Counted from the stretch's first letter, positions 9,505-20,195 are shown. The stretch is 57,175 bases of DNA from an uncultured Erysipelotrichaceae bacterium (GCA_902797265.1 CADBSF010000023.1:1-57175), one strand, 5' to 3'. Notes: generated from the letters alone by a model not told the origin. A program made the numbers and translations.

Positions 9505-11853
9505 TTATTCATCTTTTTTAAAACCTTTCCATTTCCAATTTTTAATAGAAGGCATATCTTCTCCATATTCATGAATATATTCTTTATGCTTTTCTAACAT
9601 TTCATCACACCATTTTCTTAATACTTCTCCAGATTTTTTATATCTTGGAATTTCTGTTAATACTTGTTTAATTAAATGGAAACGATCAATTTCATTTTGA
9701 ACACGAATATCAAAAGTAGTCGTAATAGTTCCTTCTTCTTTATATCCATGTACATGTAAATTACGATTATGTCTTTTATAAGTTAATTGATGAATTAAAG
9801 AAGGATAGCCATGAAAGTTAAAGATAATTGGTTTATCTTTTGTAAAAATATCATCATATTCAAAATCACTCATACCATGAGGATGAACATCAGGTGATTG
9901 TAATTTCATCAAATCAACAATATTAACAACTCTTATTTTTATTCCTTTTACACTTCTTCTTAAGATATCAACAGCAGCAAGTACTTCTAAGGTTGGAGTT
10001 TCTCCTGAACAAGCTAAAACAACATCTGGATTGCCTCCATCGTTACTAGCAAAATTCCATACTCCCAAACCTTTTCGACAATGAACTCTCGCTTGTGTCT
10101 TCGTAAGCCATTGTGGTCTAGGATGTTTGGAAGCAACAATAACATTAATATAATTTTTAGATTGAATACAATGATCAAAACAAGATAATAGACAGTTAGT
10201 ATCAGGTGGTAGATACATACGAACAACATCGGCTTTTTTTGTAACTAAATGATTTAAGAAGCCAGGATCTTGATGGGTATAGCCATTATGATCTTGTTGA
10301 AAAACATGCGATACTAATAAGAAATTTAAAGAGGCAATAGGAGCTCTCCACTCAATTTGATTACATACTTTTAACCATTTAGCATGCTGACTAGCCATAG
10401 AATCAATAATACGAATAAAAGCTTCATAACTATGGATAAAACCATGTCTTCCTGTTAATAAATAACCTTCTAATAAACCTTCACATACATGTTCTGATAA
10501 ATAACTATCCATGACTCTTCCATCTTTAGAAAGATATTCATCTCGCAATAAAGTTTTATAATTCCAAGTTCGATTTGTTTCTTCAAATACATGATGAAAT
10601 CGATTAGATAAAGCTTCATCTGGTCCAAAAATACGGAAATTTTTATGATTTCTATTTAGTTTAAATACATCACGAATATAATTTCCTAATTCCATTGTAT
10701 CAGAATCTATTACTGCACCTGGTTTTTTAATATCGATTGTATAATCTTCCCAGTTTGGAACTTTTAATTCTTTTAATAAGACTCCTCCATTGGCATAAGG
10801 ACTTGATCCCATACATTTACTAATAGGAGGACATAATACTTTTAATTCTTTTATTAATTTTCCTTTCTCATCAAAGAATTGAGAAATATCATAACTCTTT
10901 AACCATTTTTCTAAGAGTTTTAAATTTTCTGGATGTTCTCTTGAAATAGGAATAGGAACTTGATGAGAACGAAAACTTCCTTCCATCTCTAAGCCATTAA
11001 AAATTCTAGGTCCAGTCCATCCCTTAGGAGTAGTAAAAACAATCATAGGATAACGTCCTGTACCTAAATCTTTTATTCTACAAATATCTTTATAAACTCT
11101 ATCTAATGTTTTAGCCATTTCTTCATGAAGTTTGAAAGAATCATCTCCTTCAACAAAATAAGGTTTCCATCCACATCCAGTAAAAAACTTTTCTAATTCA
11201 TCTTGACTCATTCTTCCAAACACAGTAGGAGATGCTATTTTATAGCCATTACGATGTAAGATAGGTAAAACAACTCCATCACTTTTACGATTTAAAAATT
11301 TATTAATATGCCAACTTGTTGCGAGAGGTCCAGTTTCTGCTTCTCCATCTCCAACAACACAACAGGCAATTAAATCTTTATTATCTAATACTGCTCCTGC
11401 TGCATGTAAAATACTATATCCTAATTCTCCCCCTTCATGAATAGAACCTGGTGTTTCTGGTGCCACATGGGAAGAGATTCCTCCTGGAAAACTAAATTGT
11501 TTACATAATTTCTTTAAGCCTTCTAAATCTTCTGTTATTTCAGGATAAAATTTTGTATAAACTCCTTCTAAATAATTATTCGCAACCATGGCTTGTCCAC
11601 CGTGTCCTGGTCCAGATAAATAAATCATTTTCAAATCATTTTTACGAATCAAACGATTTAGATGCATATAAATAAAATTTTGTCCAGGAGCCGTTCCAAA
11701 ATGACCTACTACATTTGGTTTAATATCCTCTATTGTTAATTCTCTTCTTAGTAAGGGATTATCTAGTAAATATAATTGAGCAACACTTAAATAATTTAGT
11801 ACTCGAAAATATTCATCCATTAATAATACTTCTTCTTTACTTAATACTGACAT
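9505..11853 (-). CDS. xfp: xylulose-5-phosphate/fructose-6-phosphate phosphoketolase
   Basis: ~785 aa with hallmark blocks GHFGTAPGQNFIY, EGGELGYS and GDGEAETGPLATSWH (TPP enzyme). GGAGG RBS lies 5 nt before the ATG at 11853; the track start at 11865 is a GTG. Confidence 0.95.
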   Translation of the reverse strand: MSVLSKEEVLLMDEYFRVLNYLSVAQLYLLDNPLLRRELTIEDIKPNVVGHFGTAPGQNFIYMHLNRLIRKNDLKMIYLSGPGHGGQAMVANNYLEGVYTKFYPEITEDLEGLKKLCKQFSFPGGISSHVAPETPGSIHEGGELGYSILHAAGAVLDNKDLIACCVVGDGEAETGPLATSWHINKFLNRKSDGVVLPILHRNGYKIASPTVFGRMSQDELEKFFTGCGWKPYFVEGDDSFKLHEEMAKTLDRVYKDICRIKDLGTGRYPMIVFTTPKGWTGPRIFNGLEMEGSFRSHQVPIPISREHPENLKLLEKWLKSYDISQFFDEKGKLIKELKVLCPPISKCMGSSPYANGGVLLKELKVPNWEDYTIDIKKPGAVIDSDTMELGNYIRDVFKLNRNHKNFRIFGPDEALSNRFHHVFEETNRTWNYKTLLRDEYLSKDGRVMDSYLSEHVCEGLLEGYLLTGRHGFIHSYEAFIRIIDSMASQHAKWLKVCNQIEWRAPIASLNFLLVSHVFQQDHNGYTHQDPGFLNHLVTKKADVVRMYLPPDTNCLLSCFDHCIQSKNYINVIVASKHPRPQWLTKTQARVHCRKGLGVWNFASNDGGNPDVVLACSGETPTLEVLAAVDILRRSVKGIKIRVVNIVDLMKLQSPDVHPHGMSDFEYDDIFTKDKPIIFNFHGYPSLIHQLTYKRHNRNLHVHGYKEEGTITTTFDIRVQNEIDRFHLIKQVLTEIPRYKKSGEVLRKWCDEMLEKHKEYIHEYGEDMPSIKNWKWKGFKKDE

Positions 11854-11950
11854 AACTACCTCCACTATCTTATAACATTATACAATAGAATAAGGTGAAT
11901 AAAGAGAAATTCTAGTCATAGACAATACCTAGAGTGTAAAGCATCAAATA

Positions 11951-11990
11951 AAACAAAAAATAGATAGTTCTTTTCAAAAAACTATCTATT
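11951..11990 (-). terminator. rho-independent terminator after htpG
   Basis: Minus strand: AATAGATAGTT...AACTATCTATT 11-bp stem followed by TTTTTTGTTTTATTT. Confidence 0.75.
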
Positions 11991-11999
11991 ACTTCTTAT

Positions 12000-13883
12000 T
12001 TATTTCGATAAAACATCACAAATTAATTTACTAATTTCTGTAGGATTATCAATAGGAAGTCCAGCAATAATTCTAGCTTCACTATATAGAATTTTTGTAT
12101 AATTTTCAAATTCTGTTTTATCTTTCTTCTTATATAAAGTCATTAATTTCTTACTAATTGGATGTTTCTCATTAACCTCTAAAACCGTTTGTGCTTTAAT
12201 TCCCATATCATTAGGCATTGCATCAAATACTTTTTGCATTTCAATAGAAACATCTCCTTTTGTTGTCAAGCAAACAGGATGAGTTTTTAATTTATTACTA
12301 AATCTTACTTCACTTACTTCATCAAGTAATTTATTCATATCTTTTAATAAATCAGAATTATCTTCATTAACTTTTTTCACTTCTTCTTTTTCTTCTTCAC
12401 TATCTAAATCAAGTCCTCCATCACTAACATTCATAAATTTCTTTTTCTCATATTCTTGTAATGCGGTAATACAGAACTCATCTACATAGTCAGTTAAGAA
12501 TAAAATATCGTAATCTTTATCTTTTACTTGTTCTACTTGTGGAAGATTTTTAATCTTATCGATAGAAGATCCTGATGCATAGTAAATATTATCTTGTTTA
12601 TCACCCATCTCATCTACATATTCTTTTAAAGTAATTAATCTTTCATGTTTACTAGAATAGAACATTACTAAATCTTTTAATTTATCTTTATCCATTCCAT
12701 AGTTATTATAAACACCATATTTTAATTGAACTCCAAAAGTTTTAAAGAAAGAAACATAATTTTCTCTATCATCTTTTAACATAGTTTCTAATTCTTTACG
12801 AATTTTACTTTCTATATTTTTAGAAATAATCTTTAAACTTTGAGATTCTTGTAATAATTCTCTTGATATATTTAGACTTAAATCTTCACTATCAACAATT
12901 CCTTTTACAAAACTAAAATAGTCAGGAAGTAAATCTCCACATTTTTCCATAATCATTACACCATTAGAATATAAAGCTAATCCTTTTTCATATTCTTGTG
13001 TATAGAAATCATAAGGAGCATGAGAAGGAATAAATAATAATGATTTATAAGAAGTCATTCCTTCTACAGAAGAATGAATTACTTTTAATGGTTTATCATA
13101 ATCACTAAATTTATCCATATAGAAGTTATCATAATCTTCTTCTTTTAATTCACTCTTATTCTTTTTCCAAATAGGAATCATACTATTTAAGATTTCTATT
13201 TCTTTTCTATCTTCATATTCATGTTTTTCTTCATCTTTTAATTCATGATGAGTACATTCCATCTTAATAGGAAATCTAATATAATCAGAATATTTCTTTA
13301 CTAAATTCTTTAATTCATATTCTTCTAAGTATTTACAATAATCAAATTCTTCATCATCTTCTTTGATATGTAAAATGATATCAGTACCGATACTATCTTT
13401 CTTTGTCTCACTGATAGTATATCCGTCTACTCCTTCACTTTCCCATTGATAAGCTTTTTTACTATCAATACTCTTGGTAATAACAGTAATCTTATCACTT
13501 ACCATAAAGGAAGAATAAAATCCTACTCCAAATTGTCCAATAATATCAATTTTTTCATCTTTTGTCATATTCTCTTTAAAAGATAATGATCCACTCTTAG
13601 CAATAATTCCTAAATTACTTTCTAATTCTTCTTTTGTCATACCAATTCCATTATCGGAAATTGTTAATAGTCTTTTGTCTTTATCAAAAGATAAATTAAT
13701 TTCTAAATCTTCTTTTTCTACATTAATTTTATCATCTGTTAAGCTTCTATAATATAATTTATCTAATGCATCAGAACTATTACTAATCAACTCTCTTAAA
13801 AAGATATCTTTATTTGTATAAATAGAATTAATCATTAAATCTAATAGTCTTTTTGACTCAGATTGAAATTCTTTTTTCTCCAT
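12000..13883 (-). CDS. htpG: molecular chaperone HtpG (Hsp90)
   Basis: GHKL ATPase motifs ELISNSSDALDKL, DNGIGMT and GQFGVGFYS. 627 aa. Confidence 0.95.
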   Translation of the reverse strand: MEKKEFQSESKRLLDLMINSIYTNKDIFLRELISNSSDALDKLYYRSLTDDKINVEKEDLEINLSFDKDKRLLTISDNGIGMTKEELESNLGIIAKSGSLSFKENMTKDEKIDIIGQFGVGFYSSFMVSDKITVITKSIDSKKAYQWESEGVDGYTISETKKDSIGTDIILHIKEDDEEFDYCKYLEEYELKNLVKKYSDYIRFPIKMECTHHELKDEEKHEYEDRKEIEILNSMIPIWKKNKSELKEEDYDNFYMDKFSDYDKPLKVIHSSVEGMTSYKSLLFIPSHAPYDFYTQEYEKGLALYSNGVMIMEKCGDLLPDYFSFVKGIVDSEDLSLNISRELLQESQSLKIISKNIESKIRKELETMLKDDRENYVSFFKTFGVQLKYGVYNNYGMDKDKLKDLVMFYSSKHERLITLKEYVDEMGDKQDNIYYASGSSIDKIKNLPQVEQVKDKDYDILFLTDYVDEFCITALQEYEKKKFMNVSDGGLDLDSEEEKEEVKKVNEDNSDLLKDMNKLLDEVSEVRFSNKLKTHPVCLTTKGDVSIEMQKVFDAMPNDMGIKAQTVLEVNEKHPISKKLMTLYKKKDKTEFENYTKILYSEARIIAGLPIDNPTEISKLICDVLSK

Positions 13884-13918
13884 ATAATTATCACCTCAAT
13901 AATTATATACCACTTCTT

Positions 13919-13945
13919 TTAGCAATTGTCAAGGATGAGTGCTAA
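13919..13945 (-). promoter_or_regulatory. CIRCE (HrcA operator) inverted repeat upstream of htpG, overlapping a SigA-type promoter
   Basis: TTAGCAATT-N9-GAGTGCTAA versus the consensus TTAGCACTC-N9-GAGTGCTAA: right arm perfect, left arm 7/9, spacer exactly 9. It lies 36 nt upstream of the htpG ATG. On the minus strand TTGACA lies inside the spacer and TATATAAT is downstream. Confidence 0.75.
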
Positions 13946-13971
13946 AAAGAAAAAGAGATGACAAAATCTCT
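13944..13971 (-). terminator. probable terminator after the 335-aa gene
   Basis: Minus strand: AGAGAT-TTTGTC-ATCTCT hairpin followed by TTTTCTTTTT. Confidence 0.5.
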
Positions 13972-14977
13972 AATCTATTATTTTATTAATATACTCTTCT
14001 ACTTTTTCATCTATATATTTATCTTCTAGTACTTTTCTATATTTCTTTATAAAGTTCTTATCACTATTTTTAATATGAATAGAATGATTAAGAGAATCAT
14101 AAATAGATAATTCTTCTTTTCCCTCTTCATCAAATACTAAGAATTTATCTTCTTTGATCCCATAACAGAAATAATAAGCATCTTGATTACTTTGATCAAT
14201 ACAAATATGAATAAATTTCTTTTCTTTTCCTAGAAAAATATCTTGAAAAACAGAATATACTTCTTCTCCTAGAGGATTGATCTCTTCTGCATAAATATTT
14301 ACAATTTTTTTATCTTTATATTCTTCTATAATGATGATATGATTCTTAACAATAGCATAGTATCGATTTCCTACTTTTTCTAAATAAGAAACTTGATTTT
14401 TTTGATTAGAATCTTTTATTTCTTTTTTGAAAAACTTTTCTATAGATTCTTGATTCATTGTAGTATTTAATGATTTTTTTATATGAATCATTTCCTTATC
14501 AGAATAAAAATCTAATAACAATTTATGACATAATTCACTCACAATATTAGGAGAATGTTCAAATATAATAGTAATAATAGGAAATAAAAAGTAATATTTC
14601 TTATCAATTGCTTGTATAAAAGATAACGTAAGAATATCTTTCTTATTCCTCATAGAAATTTGAATCAAATGAGAATCCATATTTTCTATATTGTTAGTTG
14701 AATTCTTTATAAAATCAACATGATCTTCTATCAAATTTAGAATATAATCTACCGTGTCAGAAAAAATAAATTGATAACAGAAATAGTCTTCTAATTGACT
14801 CTTATTTTCAATAGTATCAATTGGAACAAATAATACTTTATATTTATTAATTTTTTCATGATATAAAATAGAAAAATAAAAATTAGTATCATCATAATTC
14901 TTTAAGTATAAATCAAAAAGTACTATTTCTTTTTTCTTTTTTAGAATACTCTTAATATCTAATAAAGTTATCATCAT
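13970..14977 (-). CDS. hypothetical protein
   Basis: 335-aa ORF with no TM segment and no motif recognised. Confidence 0.5.
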   Translation of the reverse strand: MMITLLDIKSILKKKKEIVLFDLYLKNYDDTNFYFSILYHEKINKYKVLFVPIDTIENKSQLEDYFCYQFIFSDTVDYILNLIEDHVDFIKNSTNNIENMDSHLIQISMRNKKDILTLSFIQAIDKKYYFLFPIITIIFEHSPNIVSELCHKLLLDFYSDKEMIHIKKSLNTTMNQESIEKFFKKEIKDSNQKNQVSYLEKVGNRYYAIVKNHIIIIEEYKDKKIVNIYAEEINPLGEEVYSVFQDIFLGKEKKFIHICIDQSNQDAYYFCYGIKEDKFLVFDEEGKEELSIYDSLNHSIHIKNSDKNFIKKYRKVLEDKYIDEKVEEYINKIID

Positions 14978-15092
14978 GCACCTCCATAATTATAAGAATC
15001 TTTCTACTTATATTTTACCATATTTTTAAGAAAAGTATTACAAAAAGAAAAAGACTTAAATCGTCTTTCTACTCTTTAATCCCATAAGGATA

Positions 15093-16505
15093 CTAACGAC
15101 TAATAACATCATTTTTTTTCACTCTTTTCTTTGCTTCAAAGAATATGTCATAATAATCCATTTCAAAATCTATTAATTTAGAAGCTACATTCTTTTGATA
15201 CCAATCTTCTAATTCTTGATATTCTTGATCACTAACATTGATATCACGAGAATCTCTTCTTTGTAATTCACTTAATACTTCTAAGATATAAATAGCTAAT
15301 TTAGGTGATATTTCTTTAAAATTAGATTGATTGATATCTACTATATTGCAAGCTGTATCATAATTTTTAGTAATAAAATCTAAAGTATGAATACCCGTAT
15401 GTTCCACATAATCTTGTTTCTTAGCTAATACTTCTTCTAAATGATTTTTTTCACTATGATAAATAGTTTCCTTATCATCAAAGAATGTTTCTAATTCCGT
15501 ATAAGAATCTAATTCTCTAATACTCTTAGATAATTCATCTTGACTATTCATCGAATAAACTCCAAATAATAGATTACTGAATCCTTGATCACATAAATCA
15601 TCATATATTCCAGCTACTCTTCTACCAATAATAAAACGATTACGTTTAATTTCTTCTATTCTTTGAAGTAATCCTAAATAATAATCTTTTTCATCTTGTA
15701 ATAATTCTAATTTTTTATTACAAGTTCCTCTTAAATCTTTTCTTCCCATTACAAATCTAATTTTTTCATCAATTCTTCTAATATTTTGATTAATATTTAA
15801 TTCACGTAGTCTTTTTAATTCTTCTACATATCTAGAAAGCATTTCTTTATAAGTATTAAATTTTATAAACTTATCACAATTTCTTAATACAGAATCTCTA
15901 TAGAATAAGATATCTTGACAATTCTGTATCATTCTACTAGATCTATCTTCATCTCTTACAAGATTTACTCCGTAAGACATAGAATCCATAAATTCTTTAT
16001 CTTGTAATATTTCATATGTTCTATGAATATTCTTATTATTTAATTCATAAGTATTTTTACCATGATTTCTTTTTTTAATAACTAAATCTTCTCCAAAGAA
16101 TTGTTTATTCTTTCCACAAACTTCATGAATAGAATCAATACAAGTTTTCATAACAGAAGAAACACCTTCTAAAGGAAGTGATTGTTCAATACAAAATTGG
16201 TAAATATTCTCTTTTAATTCTCTATATTTATTTAAAGAATTTTCTAATGTAGAGTGTTCCTCTTCATTATCATAAGAATATTCTCTAAGTTTTTTAGAAA
16301 TATCTTCAATCTCTTTATCAATATTAGAAACAAGAGTTTGAAATTGTTCATCTTCTTCCATTCTGTTTAAAATAATCTTATTATTAGTATCTAGGAAGAT
16401 AATCTTATCTAATTGTTTTAATAATTCATCTTCAGAAGAATTTACTTCTTTAATACTATTTAATTTTTCTAATAATTCTACATAATATGGATTATAATTT
16501 ATCAT
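15093..16505 (-). CDS. hypothetical protein (helical, cytoplasmic)
   Basis: Track ORF 15093..16544. A G-rich RBS (TGGGGGG) lies 8 nt before the internal ATG at 16505 (MINYNPYY...), and the earlier ATGs overlap the -10 element. No motif recognised. Confidence 0.5.
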   Translation of the reverse strand: MINYNPYYVELLEKLNSIKEVNSSEDELLKQLDKIIFLDTNNKIILNRMEEDEQFQTLVSNIDKEIEDISKKLREYSYDNEEEHSTLENSLNKYRELKENIYQFCIEQSLPLEGVSSVMKTCIDSIHEVCGKNKQFFGEDLVIKKRNHGKNTYELNNKNIHRTYEILQDKEFMDSMSYGVNLVRDEDRSSRMIQNCQDILFYRDSVLRNCDKFIKFNTYKEMLSRYVEELKRLRELNINQNIRRIDEKIRFVMGRKDLRGTCNKKLELLQDEKDYYLGLLQRIEEIKRNRFIIGRRVAGIYDDLCDQGFSNLLFGVYSMNSQDELSKSIRELDSYTELETFFDDKETIYHSEKNHLEEVLAKKQDYVEHTGIHTLDFITKNYDTACNIVDINQSNFKEISPKLAIYILEVLSELQRRDSRDINVSDQEYQELEDWYQKNVASKLIDFEMDYYDIFFEAKKRVKKNDVISR

Positions 16506-16532
16506 ACTACTAACCCCCCAATAAGTAGACAT

Positions 16533-16561
16533 ATTATAGCACAAAATGAAAAAAAAATCAA
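16533..16561 (-). promoter_or_regulatory. SigA-type promoter with extended -10 for the 15093..16505 gene
   Basis: Minus strand: TTGATT-17 nt-TATAAT, with TGC giving TGnTATAAT. Confidence 0.45.
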
Positions 16562-16623
16562 GTTTTCCCGTAATAGAAGGAAAATATCTAGTATAATGAT
16601 TCTATAAAAGGTAGGAAGAGAAT

Positions 16624-17220
16624 ATGGATTTTCAAATCAATCATATAAAATTTGATTATAATTCAATCGTAATTATTACATATTTTTTAGTATCCTTAGC
16701 TGCATGGTTATTCAATGTTCTAAGTCATGGAAAAACTAATAAATTGTTATTTTCTAGTTATCGAAGTTCTTTACTAAATCCACTCACTTATATTAGATTA
16801 TTTACTCATGCTATTGGTCATAAAGATATTGATCATTTAATTAGTAACTTTCTATATATTTTATTAATTGGCCCTATGATTGAAGAAAAATATGGAAGTA
16901 TGAATTTATTAATCATGTTATTAATAACTTCTCTTATAATTAGTTTATTTAATATGATATTTCATAATTATCAAATACTAGGAGCTAGTGGAAATGTTTA
17001 TATGTTAATTGTATTATCTTCTTTTTCAAATATTCAAGAAGGAAAGATTCCTCTTACTCTAGTATTAATATTTATCTTTTATATTGTAAGTGAAATAAGA
17101 AAAAGTAGATTAGAAAAGAATAGCAAAATATATCATGATGGGCATTTAATAGGAGCTTTATGTGGGTTAGCCTTTGGATTTTTATTCTTATACTACCCAA
17201 ATTGTTTTAAATTATGGTAA
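16624..17220 (+). CDS. rhomboid-family intramembrane serine protease
   Basis: Polytopic membrane protein with a GASGNVYML (GxSG) catalytic motif and a downstream His in a TM helix (HDGHLIGALCGLAFG). Confidence 0.75.
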   Translation: MDFQINHIKFDYNSIVIITYFLVSLAAWLFNVLSHGKTNKLLFSSYRSSLLNPLTYIRLFTHAIGHKDIDHLISNFLYILLIGPMIEEKYGSMNLLIMLLITSLIISLFNMIFHNYQILGASGNVYMLIVLSSFSNIQEGKIPLTLVLIFIFYIVSEIRKSRLEKNSKIYHDGHLIGALCGLAFGFLFLYYPNCFKLW

Positions 17221-17244
17221 AATAAAAGAGAAAGGAAGAGACAT

Positions 17245-18243
17245 ATGAAAAAAACAATTCTTACTGGTTTAAGACCAACAGGTAACTTACATTTAGGACA
17301 TTATTTTGGAGCTAGTAAAACCTGGTGTGAAATTCAAGATGACTATGATTTTTATCTTGAAATAGCAGATGTTCAAGCTCTAACAGATAATTTTAATAAT
17401 CCCGAAAAAGTAAGAAAAAATGTCTTTGAAATAACAAAAGACTTATTAGCAATTGGTATCGATCCCAATAAAGTTCATTTCTTTATTCAATCTCAAATAC
17501 CAGAAATTGCCGAGTTAACTGTATTTTATTCTAATTTAGTAACGGTATCTAGATTGGAAAGAAATCCTACTGTAAAAAATGAAATAGCCCAAAAAAAAGA
17601 ATTATTTGGTAATAATGGAGAATCCATTACTTATGGTTTTTTAGGATATCCTATCTCTCAGGCCGCTGATATTACTTGTTTTTCTGGAGAAGTTGTTCCT
17701 GTTGGAGATGATCAATTACCTCTTTTAGAACAATGTAGAGAGATTGTAAGAAAGTTTAATTCTATCTATGGAAATATATTAAAAGAACCTGAACAATTAC
17801 TTAGTAAGACTTCTAGAATTAAAGGTCTAGATGGAAATGAAAAAATGGGAAAAAGTCTAGGAAATGCTATTTATCTAATCGATGATGAAGAAACAATTAG
17901 AAAGAAAATAATGCAAGCAATTACTGATCCTAGTAAAATAAAAAAAGATGATCCAGCTAATCCTGATATTTGTATGGTTTATTACTATCATAAACTAGTC
18001 AATACAGAAGAAAATCAAGAAACGATTTGTAAAGAATGCAAAAAAGGAGCTAGAGGATGTGTTCAATGTAAAAAAGAATTGATAGAAGCTATGAATCAAT
18101 TCTTAAAACCTATTCAAGAAAAAAGAGAACAATATTCAGAGGAAGATATTAAAAATATCTTAGAAAAAGGAACAAAAGAAGCCCAAGAAAAAGCAAAAGA
18201 AACAATGAGTATGGTAAAAGAAGCTATGAAGATAAACTATTAG
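17245..18243 (+). CDS. trpS: tryptophan--tRNA ligase
   Basis: Class I motifs TGNLHLGHY (HIGH) and KMGKS (KMSKS). 332 aa with a TrpRS-like overall pattern. Confidence 0.95.
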   Translation: MKKTILTGLRPTGNLHLGHYFGASKTWCEIQDDYDFYLEIADVQALTDNFNNPEKVRKNVFEITKDLLAIGIDPNKVHFFIQSQIPEIAELTVFYSNLVTVSRLERNPTVKNEIAQKKELFGNNGESITYGFLGYPISQAADITCFSGEVVPVGDDQLPLLEQCREIVRKFNSIYGNILKEPEQLLSKTSRIKGLDGNEKMGKSLGNAIYLIDDEETIRKKIMQAITDPSKIKKDDPANPDICMVYYYHKLVNTEENQETICKECKKGARGCVQCKKELIEAMNQFLKPIQEKREQYSEEDIKNILEKGTKEAQEKAKETMSMVKEAMKINY

Positions 18244-18473
18244 TTTCTTTTTTTTATTAAATAACAATATAAGAATAAACCTATAAAAAAAGAAAAACAT
18301 TCATAATTCGTAAAAATAAATTCTAAGTATTCTAAAATACTATATCCAAAAGAAAATAAATTGAGATAAATAATAAGAAAAGTAAATCCAAATATCATAA
18401 GAAAGAAACTAAGAAAATAAAGAACTATTCTACTCATAATAAATACTATGATAATTCTTATCTTTTCATACAA
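18240..18473 (-). CDS. hypothetical small membrane protein
   Basis: 77-aa strongly hydrophobic ORF (2-3 TM helices) directly downstream of rmuC on the same strand. The coding status is uncertain in this AT-rich context. Confidence 0.35.
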   Translation of the reverse strand: MYEKIRIIIVFIMSRIVLYFLSFFLMIFGFTFLIIYLNLFSFGYSILEYLEFIFTNYECFSFFIGLFLYCYLIKKRN

Positions 18474-18497
18474 AAAAAGATCTAGTAAAAACTAAAT

Positions 18498-19574
18498 CTA
18501 TTCTTTTTCTTTTTTATTCTCAATTAAATTTCTATCTACTTGTGAAATACTATCAAATTTCTTAGAGATTTTATCTGTAGTAATTGTTACATTTTCAATG
18601 TCTTTATTAACCGTCTGAATACTACGAGCAAGTTTATCCCATCTTTCTTTATATCGTTCAAATTCTAAACCTAGTTTATTTAATTCTTCATGAATAATAG
18701 AAGTATATTTATCTCTTTCCATATTCTTAACAATCATTTGAACTATGGTTAAAGTAGACATTAAAGTAGTAGGACTAGTAATCCATACTCTTTTTTTATA
18801 TGCATATTCAATAATATCAGAATGATAAGCATTTACTTCAGCAAAAATAGCTTCTGCTGGTAAAAATAAGATTGCTTGATCGGTTGTTTCTCCTAAAATA
18901 ATATATTTATTATGAATAGCATCAATATGTCTTTTCATATCTTGCCGAAATAGTTTAAGAGCATTTTCTCTTGCCTCAGGACTTTTCTTTTTGTCAGTCA
19001 TTGCTTGATAATTTTCTAATGGAAATTTAGCATCAATACAAATGGTTCCTAAAGGCTCTGGAGCAAATAAACAACAATCTGCTATTACTCCAGTTGATAA
19101 GGTATGTTGCATCTGATAAATAGAATCATTTCCTTCTCCAAATACACTAACAAGTAATTGTTTCAAATTCACTTCTCCAAAGATACCTCTAGTCTTCTTA
19201 TCTGTAAGAATACTTTCTAAATTAACAATATCGGTAGATAAAGATTCTATTTTCTTTTGAGCTTCATCAATTTTCGATAATCTTTCAACAACATTAATAA
19301 AAGTTTTATTTGTTTTTTCAAAATTCTGATCTAATCTTTCATTCACTTTATCATTTACCGCTAATAATCTCTTTTCTACTTGTTCATTTAACTTAGTAAA
19401 ATCATCTGTTAATGAATGACTCAAATCATTTTTAAAATCTCCCATTTCTTTCATCATATCTACTTCTAATTTACTAATTCGATCCGTAATATGATTCTCA
19501 TTAATATTTTTCATTAAAGAAATAACACTAAGAATAATTAATATAACTAATAATAATATAATTACATATTCCAT
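18498..19574 (-). CDS. rmuC: DNA recombination protein RmuC
   Basis: N-terminal TM helix, a long coiled coil, and the conserved nuclease-like core GE.NL..LL...Q......D....P.....IDAKFPLENY. Confidence 0.85.
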   Translation of the reverse strand: MEYVIILLLVILIILSVISLMKNINENHITDRISKLEVDMMKEMGDFKNDLSHSLTDDFTKLNEQVEKRLLAVNDKVNERLDQNFEKTNKTFINVVERLSKIDEAQKKIESLSTDIVNLESILTDKKTRGIFGEVNLKQLLVSVFGEGNDSIYQMQHTLSTGVIADCCLFAPEPLGTICIDAKFPLENYQAMTDKKKSPEARENALKLFRQDMKRHIDAIHNKYIILGETTDQAILFLPAEAIFAEVNAYHSDIIEYAYKKRVWITSPTTLMSTLTIVQMIVKNMERDKYTSIIHEELNKLGLEFERYKERWDKLARSIQTVNKDIENVTITTDKISKKFDSISQVDRNLIENKKEKE

Positions 19575-19583
19575 ATAATTCTC

Positions 19584-20162
19584 CTATTCAATATCCATTT
19601 TTTTACTTACAATTTTACTTATCACATAAGCAACAATCAATCCCATACTAATAAAGATAATTGTTCTAATATCAGTATAGTTATTTAATAATTTTAATCC
19701 TACATATCCAAAGAAAAGTATCATAAATAACTTTCCTATTAATATTGATAGAATATATTTTTTTCTTGGCATTTTAGATACTCCAGATAAAATATTTACA
19801 AAAGAAGAAGGAGTAAATGGTAAAGTAATTAATAAGACAAACATAGGAAAAGGAATCTTTTGAAACTTTTCCACTTTACTTCTTATTTTAATAGCCATCT
19901 TTTTATGAAATATCTTTTCTAATACTTTATCCTCTAATTGATAGAAGATAGTATAACATAGAAATCCTCCTAAACAAGTAGCTAACCAAGAAATAAGAAC
20001 TCCTACAAAAAAACCAAAGGCATTTACGTTTAAAGCAACAAATACACTTAGGGGCAAGGCAGGAATAAAACATTCTAGGAAGACGATAAAAAATCCAGCA
20101 AATAATCCACCATTTAATATTAGATTTGTAAACGTATCAATAAGCATCTGAATCGTATTCAT
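19584..20162 (-). CDS. DedA/TVP38-TMEM64 family membrane protein
   Basis: 192-aa polytopic protein whose layout and motifs (FLECFIPALP, TLPFTPSSFVNILSG) are typical of SNARE-associated/DedA proteins. Confidence 0.7.
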   Translation of the reverse strand: MNTIQMLIDTFTNLILNGGLFAGFFIVFLECFIPALPLSVFVALNVNAFGFFVGVLISWLATCLGGFLCYTIFYQLEDKVLEKIFHKKMAIKIRSKVEKFQKIPFPMFVLLITLPFTPSSFVNILSGVSKMPRKKYILSILIGKLFMILFFGYVGLKLLNNYTDIRTIIFISMGLIVAYVISKIVSKKMDIE

Positions 20163-20195
20163 CTTACCACCTAAGTGTATTATAGTACAATTATT

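Noticed and set aside
13970-16505. The 335-aa and 483-aa hypothetical proteins as possible relaxase, integrase or defence genes
   Set aside because: I could find no HxH/Tyr relaxase motifs, no recombinase R-H-R-Y or serine-recombinase pattern, and no nuclease or ATPase motifs. They are separated from the T4SS locus by housekeeping genes and have their own promoter and terminators.
17221-17244. T-box leader or attenuator upstream of trpS
   Set aside because: Only 24 nt separate trpS from the rhomboid gene, and only 79 nt precede that gene. This is too short for a T-box riboswitch, and no specifier or T-box sequence is seen.
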